The translations under genes were made by a program, and so were the position numbers. Below are positions 1 through 12,458 of a DNA stretch of 64,000 nt, piece by piece. The notes below the pieces were generated by a model. It was not told the DNA's origin, did no database searches, and saw only the letters and a list, made by a program, of their open reading frames with translations. The DNA is from Eledone cirrhosa (Eukaryota): the NCBI GenBank assembly GCA_964016885.1, contig OZ024760.1, forward strand, positions 5,084,001 to 5,148,000, written 5' to 3'. Positions within the stretch are counted from its first letter, which is position 1. Each line of letters starts with the position of its first letter.

Positions 1-280
1 ACTCTGCCTAAGCAAAGCTGGACTCGAAAGTCATCTTCGCAGTCATAAAGTAAGACCAGTGGTTAACTACCAGGCTGCTGTTGGAGATGCTACTCATCAT
101 GCTTGCCAAACATGTGGTAGAGAATGTAAATCAGCAGGAGGGCTCAAGCGACATGCAAAAGTACACGAACTCCAACCACAGCCAACTATTCCCAGTGAAT
201 GTTTTGGTTGCCGACTCTGTGCAAGACATTGTAGATCATTGGCTGGGCTAAAAAGCCACATTCGATCGCAGCACTGTTAG
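1..280 (+). mobile_element. 3' end of an RTE-type LINE ORF2 with tandem C2H2 zinc fingers, followed by (GT)n
   Basis: Frame from nt 2 reads LCLSKAGLESHLRSH...CQTCGRECKSAGGLKRHAKVH...[23 protein letters not shown]. This is the CxxC.R.C.S..GL.SH.R.H type found at RTE C-termini, and it lacks Kruppel TGEKP linkers. Confidence 0.65.
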
Positions 281-286
281 TTGTTA

Positions 287-374
<88 letters not shown>

Positions 375-453
375 GCTTATGTGCGTGCGTGTGTGTGTAT
401 ATATATATGAATATGTATATTATTATTGTTGTTGTCGTTATTATTATTATTGC

Positions 454-502
<49 letters not shown>

Positions 503-573
503 GTTATTAATGTATGTGTGTGTGTGTATGTGTATGTATGTGTGTATGTATATATGTATGTATGTATATATAT

Positions 574-1183
574 GTCAGGTCACCAGTTGGTGCTACTGGT
601 AACATGTATCCCAGTACAACCTGTCTCATGGTCGGGTCGTTGGCGACTAAACTGGCAACCCCACCAAGGTTTCTTGGTGAGGAGGGTGACTTTGGACATC
701 CTGCAGGACTAAAAACAAAACCTGTCAAAGGGCAAAGGAGCTCTTAATAGTCAATGGCCATCCAAAATCACCGGGAGAGATGACCCCTTAGCCTTTGTCA
801 AGGCAGAATTCTAGGAGAAGGAAAACTCTGATATAACACCTGCAACTCTGATGGTATCCAATGATGTTGACTTGTTCTTCTTTTTGGTAAATATCATCTT
901 GGTTAAGAGAGTGGGACTGGCTTTGTGCAGTGCCTTTGCTCACTATAAAAGCTTCACGGCACAGGCATTGCTTTATATCTGGAGATCTCTCTGCACTTGT
1001 CATCACATGGTACCAAGGGCCCAGCACTATGTGTCAATAATTGTCACAAGTGTAGTGTTTGTACCAGAGTTTTCAAGTCACTGGCTGGACTGAAAAGTCA
1101 CACTTGTTTAGCGCATCGGTAGGCGTTCTCCTACATGGATATAAAGTAGTGGCCGTACTCGAAAACGAGTTGGCAGCCACCAT
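574..1183 (+). mobile_element. ~610 bp non-coding repeat, copy 1 (probably non-autonomous, RTE-derived)
   Basis: Near-identical to 1879-2487. Its 3' end (gtggccgtactcgaaaacgagttggcagccacca) resembles 1433-1472 and, reverse-complemented, 16786-16826. Embedded in microsatellite. Confidence 0.6.
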
Positions 1184-1301
1184 GTATATATATATATATA
1201 TATATATATTTTTATTTTTTTTTATTTTTTTTATTATTTATTATTATTATTATTATTTTATTTTATTTTATTTTATTTATTTTATTTATTTTTATTTATT
1301 T

Positions 1302-1371
<70 letters not shown>

Positions 1372-1464
1372 TTATTTTATTTTATTTTATTTTATTTTAT
1401 TTTATTTATTTTTTTCTTTTTTTTTTCTTCTCGTGCAATGGCCATACTCGATAACGAGGGGGCA

Positions 1465-1546
<82 letters not shown>

Positions 1547-1758
1547 ATGTGTGTATATGTAGGTGTATGTATGTATGTGTGTATATGTAGGTGTATGTAT
1601 GTATGTATGTATGTGTGTGGGTGTGTGTGTATATATATATATATGTGTGTGTGTGTATGTGTATGTGTGTGTATGTATATATGTATAAATGTATATATAT
1701 ATATATATGTGAATATATATATATATATGTATAAATGTATATATATATATATATGTGA

Positions 1759-1789
<31 letters not shown>

Positions 1790-1878
1790 TGTGTATGTGT
1801 GTATATATGTGTGTGTGTGTGTGTATATATATATGTATATGTATCTGTATATGTGTGTATGTATATATATGTATGTAT

Positions 1879-2487
1879 GTCAGGTCACCAGCTGGTGCTA
1901 CTGGTAACATGTATCCCAGTACAACCTGTCTCATGGTCGGGTCGTTGGCGACTAAACTGGCAGCCCCACCAAGGTTTCTTGGTGAGGAGGGTGACTTTGG
2001 ACATCCTGCAGGACTAAAAACAAAACCTGTCAAAGGGCAAAGGAGCTCTTAAGAGTCAATGGCCATCCAAAATCACCGGGAGAGATGACCCATTAGCCTT
2101 TGTCAAGGCAGAATTCTAGGAGAAGGAAAACTCTGATATAACACCTGCAACCCTGATGATATCCAATGATGTTGACTTGTTCTTCTTTTTGGTAAATATC
2201 ATCTTGGTTAAGAGAGTGGGACTGGCTTTGTGCAGTGCCTTTGCTCACTATAAAAGCTTCACGGCACAGGCATTGCTTTGTATCTGGAGATCTCTCTGCA
2301 CTTGCCGTCACATGGTACCATGGGCCCAGCACTATGTGTCAATAATTGTCACAAGTGTAGTGTTTGTACCAGAGTTTTCAAGTCGCTGGCTGGGCTAAAA
2401 AGTCACACTCGTTCAGCACATCGGTAGGGGTTCTCCTACATGGATATAAAGTAGTGGCCGTACTCGAAGACGAGTTGGCAGCCACCA
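1879..2487 (+). mobile_element. ~610 bp non-coding repeat, copy 2
   Basis: Direct repeat of 574-1183 with scattered substitutions. Confidence 0.6.
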
Positions 2488-2520
2488 TATATATATATAT
2501 ATACATACATGATGATGATG

Positions 2521-2649
<129 letters not shown>

Positions 2650-3184
2650 GGTGTATCTGGGTGCACGAGAGTTGTGAGTGGGTGTGTTTGTGAATATGTC
2701 TGTTGATTTTTGGCATATAATTGAATAGTTTAAGAGAAATTTGAAGATAATTGTATGATATGCACTCAATATTTTGAATTGGTCTACAGAATTCTCTAGG
2801 CCTTTCTCACTTAGTAGAACTTTAAAGAATTTAGCTTTTAAAGAATCTCCCTTTTCTTTAAATCCATCAACCATGACTGACCCCCAATGATCTTATAGAC
2901 ACCTGTTAACTTAAGAGAAACTTAAAAATAAGGAGTGGCACCCCATCCTGAACATGTTTATAGAATTCTTTCTGCCTTTGTTACTCTAAAAATAAACTAT
3001 AGCTTTGAAGAATTAGCTTTTAATGAATTCCCTTTTCTATCAACCAATAACCTACACCCATCCCACTCCCTACCCTCTCCTACCACCTGAAGAGACCTAT
3101 AAATACCATACTTATTTTTTGATACCCAGATTCCTGATGATTTCTAAAGAATGAATCTCATCTATATTAAAACTATATAAATAT

Positions 3185-3215
<31 letters not shown>

Positions 3216-3218
3216 AAT

Positions 3219-3270
<52 letters not shown>

Positions 3271-3323
3271 GTAAGTATGTATGTATACGTACATACATAT
3301 ATGTATACAGACGTACAGTAGCA

Positions 3324-3413
<90 letters not shown>

Positions 3414-3570
3414 TACATACAGGTACACATATATATATATGTACGTATCAGTTTAGCGAACGTTTATTATAACGCTCGCTTTGTCCGTTTGTAAACAAGC
3501 GAACAGCCTGATTTATGCCATACGGTGTTAAGGCAACCACGCCACCTTTTTGTTCAACACTGACACAGGA

Positions 3571-3613
3571 ACGATGTACTAGTTTCAAGCTTGTTAGCTA
3601 TCATCAGCACCGT
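3571..3613 (-). ncRNA. Minimal type I hammerhead ribozyme
   Basis: Minus strand reads acggtg-CTGATGA-t agct aaca agct t-GAAA-ctag-TA-catcgt. Stem I acggtg/catcgt, stem II agct/agct, palindromic stem III, GUA cleavage triplet. Confidence 0.7.
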
Positions 3614-3848
3614 ATACTTTTCTGCCAGATAGTTGAACGTTCGAAAGTATTTACTTTCCTTATGAAAATTAACGGCTGAGCAGCCTAATTTGCATATCGA
3701 GTGAGTTCAGTCGGCCAGGCGTACCGAAAACGATAAGTTGTAATATAATGAAACGAAATTTCATTTCTCACTCTTAGTACGGCACTTACTTAAATGTAAG
3801 TATGTATGTATACGTACATACATATATGTATACAGACGTACAGTAGCA

Positions 3849-3892
<44 letters not shown>

Positions 3893-3986
3893 TACATACA
3901 AGTACACATATATATATGTACGTGCCGTACTAAGAGTGAGAAATGAAATTTCGTTTCATTATATTACAACTTATATATATATAAAT

Positions 3987-4049
<63 letters not shown>

Positions 4050-4143
4050 TATATATGCAAAAGTTCTATTTAAAGTTGTTGGGATACAACAAGTAAATAT
4101 TTTTACAACTGATATAAAGCACTCGACAAGTTTTTGGAGTAGA

Positions 4144-5219
4144 TATACGATATTAATAAATGGAAACTATATTTATAAAACCATATTTATTTCATTATAC
4201 ATATTTCAGGGATACCATATTAAATTATGGTATGCCTTCATCAGACAAAATACAATATATAACAGTTTTACAAATAGCTTTGACGTACCCTTTTAAAATA
4301 CAACCATTACTTTTGGAGGCTGTCTGGATAGTGAATTGTTTATATTGTTTTAATAAGTCATAGTGTTAAGCACAATTAGAAAAAGACGGAGATAAAGAAA
4401 AAGAGAAAAGACGGAGAGAGAGAAAAGAACAAAGACGGAGAGAGAGAAAGAAAGAAAACCTGGAGAAATATCGGAGAGAGAGAGAAATGTATGGAGAAAA
4501 GAAAGAGATAAATAAAGATAGGAGGAAATAAAAAAATAAAAAAGAAAGAAAAGGAAGAAACAAGAAAAACAAAGGAAAGCAACAGAGAGATATCAAGTCA
4601 TCATACAGAGAGAAAAACTCAAGAGAGAGAAATACTATATAGAGAGGGGGGGGGGGAGACAATGAAAACTTTACGTCATGTCATATTAAGTTGAGTTAAC
4701 AATTTATATGAAATGTATAATAAAAATATAAGTATCAATATTCATGAATGGGACATAGATATATAATATGAGAAATTAAATATTGTTCAATAATGACTAT
4801 ATGTTTAGTTTAGAAACTTGAGATCAATATATCAAAATCTGAGTTCAAAATGTACCCTTGCTATAGAAATCAGTATTTTATGCAAAGACATACAAACATA
4901 TAGATACGCACGTCCTGAAAATAGAAATTATGTTTACTCAAGCCAACAATATAGCCATACAAAACGTAAATGATTTCTCTTAATCACTGCTATACATTCT
5001 TTGTGTTATAAAAATTTCACAGTATATATATACAAATATATACGATTAACATTCATGTCCTCATATATACGATTACCATTCATGTGTTTAATATTATGCA
5101 TATCTGCAACATACCTCCCAACCACATAGATATATACACATACATATATACACATACATATGTATAAATAAATATTTGCGTGCGTCGTCACGCATCACTC
5201 ATGTATATATACAGACATA
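4144..5219 (-). repeat. 3' pseudo-LTR (left arm of ~1.07 kb inverted repeat)
   Basis: Reverse complement of 7925-8992. The ORF track shows identical peptides at 5006-5191(-) and 7953-8138(+). Confidence 0.92.
4188..4252 (-). ncRNA. Minimal hammerhead ribozyme in pLTR (element sense)
   Basis: tattttgt-CTGATGA-aggcataccat...atggtatccct-GAAA-t atgt a-TA-atgaaata. Stem I pairs with two G-U; stem III is 1 bp with a near-palindromic loop. Confidence 0.75.
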
Positions 5220-5829
5220 TATAGACACAAAAAAACCTATAACACTTTTTATGCATGTTAATATACACATATGCATTTGCATAGAGATAATCAAATATCA
5301 ATATATTACTAAAGGATTATAACTTGTAAACATAACCATAACAAAATAAATTTAAAATACCAAAGGAGTATATTTTGGAAATGCAGCTATATCAGTATAG
5401 ACAAAAGAAATCTAGAAATATCAAAGCATTAAATATCTTTAAAACACTATAGAGTATCTTAAGTTAAAATAATATGTTTTATATATTTAGTATAGAAATT
5501 TATCCTACGTATATCTCAATCAAGATATTGAAAGAGTAGACATATGAAAGTTATGGAAGCTATCATAATCAAAACAAATAAATAAAAATAATTTTAAAAT
5601 AATTTAAAAGATTTAAAAAAACTCAATGATTCTACAGATAACCTTATATTTAGTATAGAAATTTACCTTACGTATATTTTATTTAATACATTGGAAGTAT
5701 AGACATTTTAGAGTAGTTTATTATATCCTTGTTTATATTTAGGAAGAAAGTTTAAAAAGAAAAAGAAAAAGGTGAAGGAATCTAATGATTTATCGACAGG
5801 TTCCAACTAAAATTACTTAATTATTTATA

Positions 5830-7920
5830 CTACATTTTAAATTTATATTTATATTTAAACGTTGAGTTCAATCTATGTCTGCACCAACTGAATAAATTGT
5901 TCCTTAAATTAAGGGAATTTTTGGACTTTAATATAAAGACTATTTCTTCAATACAAAGATCACAATCCTCTGAAGAGGAATTAAAAAGAGTAGCTTTGAA
6001 ATAATATTCCAATTCATCGAATATTTAATATTATCTCGTTTTAGGTCCCATAGTAGGCTAGATAGCGAAGTTGAAGATTTTTTGTTTGGATCTGTGAAAG
6101 AATTCTTATGATTATTGAAGCGAAATTTAAATTCTGTAGAGGTGGAACCAACATAGTTAAATGAATTTAAATTAGTTTTAACATTACAATTGTACACTAC
6201 ATTTTTAGCTAAGCAATTGTTATTTAACGGACAGTTAGATTTATTTCTACAGTTACAGTTATTTAATTGAATATTGTTTGGGTTATTATTGGTATTTTAG
6301 TTAGGTTTTAAATTCCTATTATTAATTCTATTAATATTTTCTGCTAAATTTTTGGTGGACGAGTAAGTTAATTTTATAGTGTGTCTATTAAAAATTGAGT
6401 AATATTTATGTGTTCTAGGGAAGCGTGTGTCAAGAGCTTTAAAGAATAGTTTAGCAATGGGGGTTTTAATATTTAGTGAGAAAGGGGGAGCAAACCATAA
6501 TATATTTCCAGTTCTATTTCTTTTTCGGCTTTTGAAATTATTGTAATGTTTTCTATTATAGTTGTTAAAGTTGTTACCGTAATTGAAATTGTTATTATTT
6601 TGGTTAGTTTGCTTATTATTATTATTATCGATGTATTTAATTTTATTTCTATATCCAGCTTTACCTAACGCTTCGTTATAATACTGCGCTTTTTCATCAA
6701 ATATATTTTTATTAGATGAAATTCTTGAAATTCGTTCTTGAACAGAGTTCACTATAGTATTTTTAACAGATCTGGGGTGATTAGAGTTAAAGTTGACATA
6801 ATTGAAGTTCTCATTTAGTTTGTGAAATGGATAGTGAAGACATGTGTTGAGATTTAGTGTTTCATCAAGAAAATTGACTATTCTATGGTTATTCTCTATT
6901 TCTATTTTTAGATTAAGGTAATTAATAAATTGTATAATTTGTTTTCTTTTTCTATTTAGTTCACAGCTATTATTTTCTATAAGTAAAAGCATGTCATCAC
7001 GATATAATCCTCCGGTTACACCTGGTATTTTTCTATGTAGTGAATTAATTATAAATAGGCCCACAAGGTCCGTTACCTGAGCTGAGTCTGATGATCCCAT
7101 AGTTATGTCGAAATTATTATTTCTATCTGCCCTAGTCCAGAGTTGGTTATTAAATTCTATCAATGTTTTCCTTGCCGATAATATAATGTGCATTTCATTT
7201 CTAGTTAGGTCAGTATGTTTAAATGCGTAATTTAGTGCCTTATTCAGTAGATTAGGAGTGATAGATGAATAGTAGTTAGCAATATCCAGCTGAATAAGCT
7301 TATTATTACAGTTATATTTAATTTCTTTAAACCAATCAATAACCTCACTAGTCCCTTTCCATAATTTTAAGTAAGATAAATTAGGTAAGTTTATAATTTG
7401 TTGTATTACCTTGTCTAGAATATTTTTGCTAAGTTTTCCCAGGTCAGATTTGGATGGTGCAATTAATCTGACTGGTAAATCATTTTCAAAGTTTCTTTTG
7501 TGATCCTTCATATTGATCTTGGGTTTCCTAGGCATGAAGGGTTGTGTTTTATTCTTAATGTCTAATTCATGCATTATACAAGATGCATCTGTATTCAGTT
7601 TTTCAAGTTCGTCCTTATTTGCTACCTTGTACTTTTTCCTTAGTTCTTTCAATATAAGGTCGTTATACATGTCCTTTTGTACTCCATAAAGGTTATTAGC
7701 TTTGTCCGACTTCACTAAAATTTTCTCTGTTTTCTCCAGGTTTTAAATATTATCCTTAATACATCTTAAGTAGTCCTGGCCTTTGAAGTTTCTCTTGAAT
7801 TTGATGCCTTGGATGATAGATACTATATCGTTTTCAAAATCCATTAGTAGTTTGTTGGGGGGTGGATCTTTTTTAGATTTGAAAATTTTATCCAAATTTG
7901 AAACATTTTCATTTAGATTA
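5830..7920 (-). pseudogene. Penelope-like RT-GIY-YIG ORF with 2 in-frame stops and 1 frameshift
   Basis: Motifs KSDK, PVRLIAP, LDIANYYSSI, ITMGS, LYRDD, FLD, YVNFNSNHP. After the stop at 6297-6299 the same frame gives CNCRNKSNCPLNNNCL, VVY...YVG, FKFRFNNHKNSF. A frameshift near 6000 leads into CDLCIEE...LN...CRH. The other stop is at 7743-7745. Confidence 0.9.
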
Positions 7921-7924
7921 GATT

Positions 7925-8992
7925 TATGTCTGTATATATACATGAGTGATGCGTGACGACGCACGCAAATATTTATTTATACATATGTATGTGTATATAT
8001 GTATGTGTATATATCTATGTGGTTGGGAGGTATGTTGCAGATATGCATAATATTAAACACATGAATGGTAATCGTATATATGAGGACATGAATGTTAATC
8101 GTATATATTTGTATATATATACTGTGAAATTTTTATAACACAAAGAATGTATAGCAGTGATTAAGAGAAATCATTTACGTTTTGTATGGCTATATTGTTG
8201 GCTTGAGTAAACATAATTTCTATTTTCAGGACGTGCGTATCTATATGTATATATATATATACATATATATTTGTATATCTTTGCATAAAATACTGATTCT
8301 ATAGCAAGGGTACATTTTGAACTCAGATTTTGATATATTGATCTCAAGTTTCTAAACTAAACATATAGTCATTATTGAACAATGTTTAATTTCTCATATT
8401 ATATATCTATGTCCCATTCATGAATATTGATACTTATATTTTTATTATTCATTTCATATAAATTGTTAACTCAACTTAATATGACATGACGTAAAGTTTT
8501 CATTGTCCCCCCCCCCCCTCTCTATATAGTATTTCTCTCTCTTGAGTTTTTCTCTCTGTATGATGACTTGATATCTCTCTGTTGCTTTCCTTTGTTTTTC
8601 TTGTTTCTTCCTTTTCTTTCTTTTTTATTTTTTTATTTCCTCCTATCTTTATTTATCTCTTTCTTTTCTCCATACATTTCTCTCTCCGATATTTCTCCAG
8701 ATTTTCTCTCTTTCTCTCTCTCCGTCTTTTCTCTTTTTCTTTATCTCCGTCTTTTTCTAATTGTGCTTAACACTATGACTTATTAAAACAATATAAACAA
8801 TTCACTATCCAGACATCCTCCAAAAGTAATGATTGTATTTTAAAAGGGTACGTCAAAGCTATTTATAAAACTGTTATATATTGTATTTTGTCTGATGAAG
8901 GCATACCATAATTTAATATGGTATCCCTGAAATATGTATAATGAAATAAATATGGTTTTATAAATATAGTTTCCATTTATTAATATCGTATA
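7925..8992 (+). repeat. Inverted pseudo-LTR (right arm)
   Basis: Reverse complement of 4144-5219 with small indels. It truncates the RT ORF at ~7925. Confidence 0.92.
8884..8948 (+). ncRNA. Minimal hammerhead ribozyme in inverted pLTR
   Basis: Same motif as 4188-4252, with CTGATGA at 8892-8898. Confidence 0.75.
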
Positions 8993-8995
8993 AAT

Positions 8996-9046
<51 letters not shown>

Positions 9047-9077
9047 AAGAATCTTGCTAAACAAATTCAGAAACGAA

Positions 9078-9108
<31 letters not shown>

Positions 9109-9110
9109 TG

Positions 9111-10902
9111 CTATAGAGGCATTAAATTAATCGACCAGGTCATGAAGGTCACAGAAAAAGTAATAGCGCAACTAATCAGAGAGAGAATTGATCTAGATGA
9201 AATGCAGTTCGGGTTTGTGTCAGGCAAAAGTACCACAGACGCTCTTTTCATTGTACGACAACTACAGGAGAAGTACCTAGCTAAAAGTAAACCCCTATAC
9301 TTAGCTTTTGTCGACTTGGAGAAAGCCTTCGACAGAGTCCCCCGTTCCATTATCTGGTGGGCTCTTAGAAAACTAGGTGTTGACGAATGGCTTGTGAGAG
9401 CTATACAAGCCATGTATAAAGAAACAGTCAGCAAGGTTAGAATTAACAACGAATATAGTGAAGAGTTTAGCGTAAAAGTTGGTGTCCATCAGGGCTCTGT
9501 TCTTAGCCACCTACTATTTATTATTGCCCTTCAGGCTATAACAGAGGAGTTCAAGACCGGCTGCCCATGGGAACTCCTATACGCAGATGATCTAACGCTC
9601 ATAGCTGAATCAATGGCCGAGCTAGAGAAGAAATTCCAAACATGGAAGCACGGCCTAGAATCAAAAGGCCTTAAAATTAACCTGGCTAAGACTAAAGTTC
9701 TAGTTTGTAGGAAAGAAAATAAGGCGCCGGTCCCCTCCGGGAAATGGCCATGCTCAGTGTGTAGGAAAGGCGTAGGTAGAAACTCCCTTTTATGTCCCAA
9801 ATGCAAAGTATGGGTGCATAAAAGATGTAGTGGGATCACAGGTAAGCTAACTAAGAACATAAATTTTACATGTGGCCGGTGCTCTGGTGCAATAAGTAGC
9901 AGCAAGTGCCCATAAAATACTAGCTCTTTCAATTGTGCAGAGGGTTCTATAGAAATAGTGGACAGCTTCCGTTAGCTGGGTGACAAAATCAGCAGTGGGG
10001 GAGGGTGCTCTGAAAGTACAGTAGCTAGAGTCAGAACTGGATGGAAAAAGTTCAGAGAGCTTATACCACTATTAGCCGCTAAAGGGTTCTCCCTAAAAAT
10101 GAAAGGCAGGTTGTATGATGCCTGCATACGAACAGCAATGCTGCATGGCAGTGAGACCTGGGCATTGTGTGCAGAGGATATACGCAGACTAGAGAGGAAC
10201 GAAGCTTGCATGCTCCGCTGGATGTGCAATAGTAATATACGTGAACGGCAAAGCATAAACGAACTAAGGAAAAATTTAGAAATAAGAGGGATCAGATGTT
10301 GTTTACTCGAGAAAAGGCTACGTTGGTATGGTCACGTGATGCGCATGAAAGACGACAGCTGTATAACAAAGTGCAGGGCAATAAAGATAGACGGTAGCCA
10401 CGGAGTAGGCAGACCCAGAAAAACCTGGGACGAGCTGATAAATTACGACCTCACACACTTACACCTCTCCAAGACAATGTCACTGGACCGAGACCTTTGG
10501 CGGTACTCAGTAATAGAGAAGACCCGCCTTACCTAAATACAAAGTAAAACCTACTCCAGCCAGTAGGCATCTCTAACAAAATACACCCCCGTCCCACCTC
10601 CCACCCCATCCACACCACCCCTTTCAATGTAAAGTTATGTTGGTGCCACAACATCCAGGGCGAAACAAATGAGATCGTGTAGGTGTCACGACAAAAAAAC
10701 ACACAGTCCACGCTGTAATGTGGCCGTGTAGGCAACACGGTAAAAACCTCCCAGCCCCACACTGTAAATGTGGTTGGTGTTAGGAAGGGCATCCAGCTGT
10801 AGAGAACCCGCCAGGCAGTCCTATGCGAGCAAGACAACCACTCTTGCCTCAAGTGGGAAAACTCCCGTCCAAACCCATGCAAGCGTGGAACATGGACGTT
10901 AA

Positions 10903-10935
<33 letters not shown>
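9111..10935 (+). mobile_element. 5'-truncated RTE-clade LINE (RT + PHD-like Cys finger + C-terminus + 3'UTR + (GAT)n tail)
   Basis: QFGF, FVDLEKAFDRV, GVHQGSVLS, YADD, CSVC...CPKCKVWVHKRC...CGRC, RLRWYGHVMR, GRPRKTW. In-frame stops near 9913 and 9973. Inserted in (GA)n. Confidence 0.93.
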
Positions 10936-10936
<1 letters not shown>

Positions 10937-11032
10937 GAGAGAGAGAGGGAGAGCAAGTGTGTGTGTATGTGTGTATAGTAATGGTGTATAATTACTAATG
11001 ATGGATGAGTGATAGAAAATTGTTGTAATTAC

Positions 11033-11167
11033 CTGCTGGTACAGGAGTTATTACTTTACAGTACTGTTCATCACTGCCGTCTGAACACTGCTTGATTTGG
11101 TCACATTTCTGCTGCAACTCAATACATTCTCCATTGTTACAACGGTATTGGTCCCAGTTACACAAAC
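11033..11167 (-). CDS. LDLa-domain exon of a MAM/LDLa-repeat protein (last exon identified)
   Basis: tag|GT TTG TGT...CCA GCA G|gtaatt, 135 bp, phase 1-1. LCNWDQYRCNNGECIELQQKCDQIKQCSDGSDEQYC. Confidence 0.9.
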
Positions 11168-11273
11168 CTAAATAATATTTTCAACCACAAACAAGACACA
11201 AGACACAGTTATAAGATGTGAAAGAAAGAAAATGTGTTTAATGTAGTTTAAAGTTAACTCGACATATATCTTC

Positions 11274-11545
11274 TTTTTCTCTCTTTTCTTATTTTTCTTC
11301 TTCTTCTTCTTCTTCTTCTTCTTCTTCTTCTTCTTCTTCTTCTTTCTTCTTCTTCTTTCCTCTTTCTTCTTCTTTCTTCTTCTTTCTTCTTTTTCTTCTT
11401 TTTCTTTTTCTTTTTTTTCTTCTTTTCCTTTTTCTTTTCTTTTTTTCTCCTTTCTTCTCCCTTTTTTCTTTTTCTTCTTTTTTCTCTCCTTTTTCTTTTT
11501 CTTCTTTTTCTCTTCATATTTTCTCATCTTTTTCTTCTTCCATCC
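11274..11545. repeat. Polypyrimidine / (CTT)n low-complexity tract
   Basis: Direct inspection. Confidence 0.9.
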
Positions 11546-11729
11546 ATCCATCCATCCGATAGATAGCATTATCTTTATATATGTATACACATACATACAT
11601 ACCCACACACATACACAAACACACACACACACTCATACATTTACATACAAGACTGGTGTCCGAGGAAATACATACTTACCCAAACACACAATAAACACAC
11701 ACACATACACACACTCACACATATAAATA

Positions 11730-11897
11730 CCGTATTTCCTGGCATTGAAGACACTTCTTTTTTCCTAAAATAAGTCTAAAAAAATCTACCATGGGTCCTG
11801 GGGGCTGCAGGTTGTTTATTATTTTTTTCAAATTTTTGGTTGTCAAAATTAGGGTGCGTCCTCGAGGACGAAGTGTCTTTGGCACCGGGAAATACGG
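11730..11897. mobile_element. Tc1/mariner (Tc2/pogo-like) MITE
   Basis: TA-CCGTATTTCCTGG ... CCGGGAAATACGG-TA terminal inverted repeats with TA target duplication. Confidence 0.8.
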
Positions 11898-12237
11898 TAT
11901 ATACAAGACTGGTGTCTGAGGAAATACATTCGTGAGACCATGTATTTGAGTTGAAGGAACAGAACTGAAAGTAAGAAACAAGTTTATCTATCTGGACAAC
12001 ACAGTCATTTCTGCACCTTCGATGGCAACATATCTCTAAGACTTCAGAAATCAACTGTTTCTTTCAAGGCTCTTTATTCTCCCGTTTGGTGTTTGGTCCT
12101 AGGATTGGTATCACAAGGTGAACAAAACTTACTATGCATCATATATATGTAGTGGCTTCCCTTCTTCACTCATGTGAACTATAGATCCTCTGTATGCATC
12201 ATAAAGATTCTTAAGTGCTTTCATCGGAGATGTTTAA

Positions 12238-12458
12238 CTCTTTAACATTCACATTACTCTCTATTTACTATTGTATTTTCACAATAAAGGCTTTACCTCA
12301 CATAATTATCTCACATAATATTGAATCTACAAGATTTTGAGATTATTTATTTTGAGAACAACACCTTAACATCAGTATGAGTGGCCAGTTACGGCTGGTT
12401 TGAACAGAAAGAGGTGAGAGAATTCTGGCTGGATACAGCTGGTTTAAATGCTAAAGGG
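12238..12458. mobile_element. piggyBac-like MITE, copy 1
   Basis: TTAA-ctctttaacatt ... aatgctaaaggg-TTAA. Homologous to 15623-15842 and 31919-32132. Confidence 0.8.

Larger units (their letters stand above)
4057..8992 (-). mobile_element. Penelope-like element (EN+, C-terminal GIY-YIG), 5'-truncated with inverted pLTR, inserted in (TA)n
   Basis: RT + GIY-YIG ORF remnant at 5830-7920. Inverted repeats at 4144-5219 and 7925-8992. Unpaired ~88 bp 3' tail at 4057-4143. Hammerheads in both repeats and TA tracts on both sides. Confidence 0.9.

Noticed and set aside
59-280. Host C2H2 zinc-finger gene
   Set aside because: No TGEKP linkers. Finger style and the following microsatellite fit an RTE ORF2 C-terminus, although the upstream part is outside the window.
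3130-3170. CTGATGA hammerhead-like start
   Set aside because: No GAAA core or stem I/III pairing.
4144-8992. DNA transposon or Polinton with long TIRs
   Set aside because: The internal ORF is RT + GIY-YIG, the right repeat truncates the ORF, and the ends are asymmetric (tail), as expected for a Penelope inversion.
11168-11632. Lys/Arg/Glu-rich ORFs
   Set aside because: Low-complexity purine tract in an intron.
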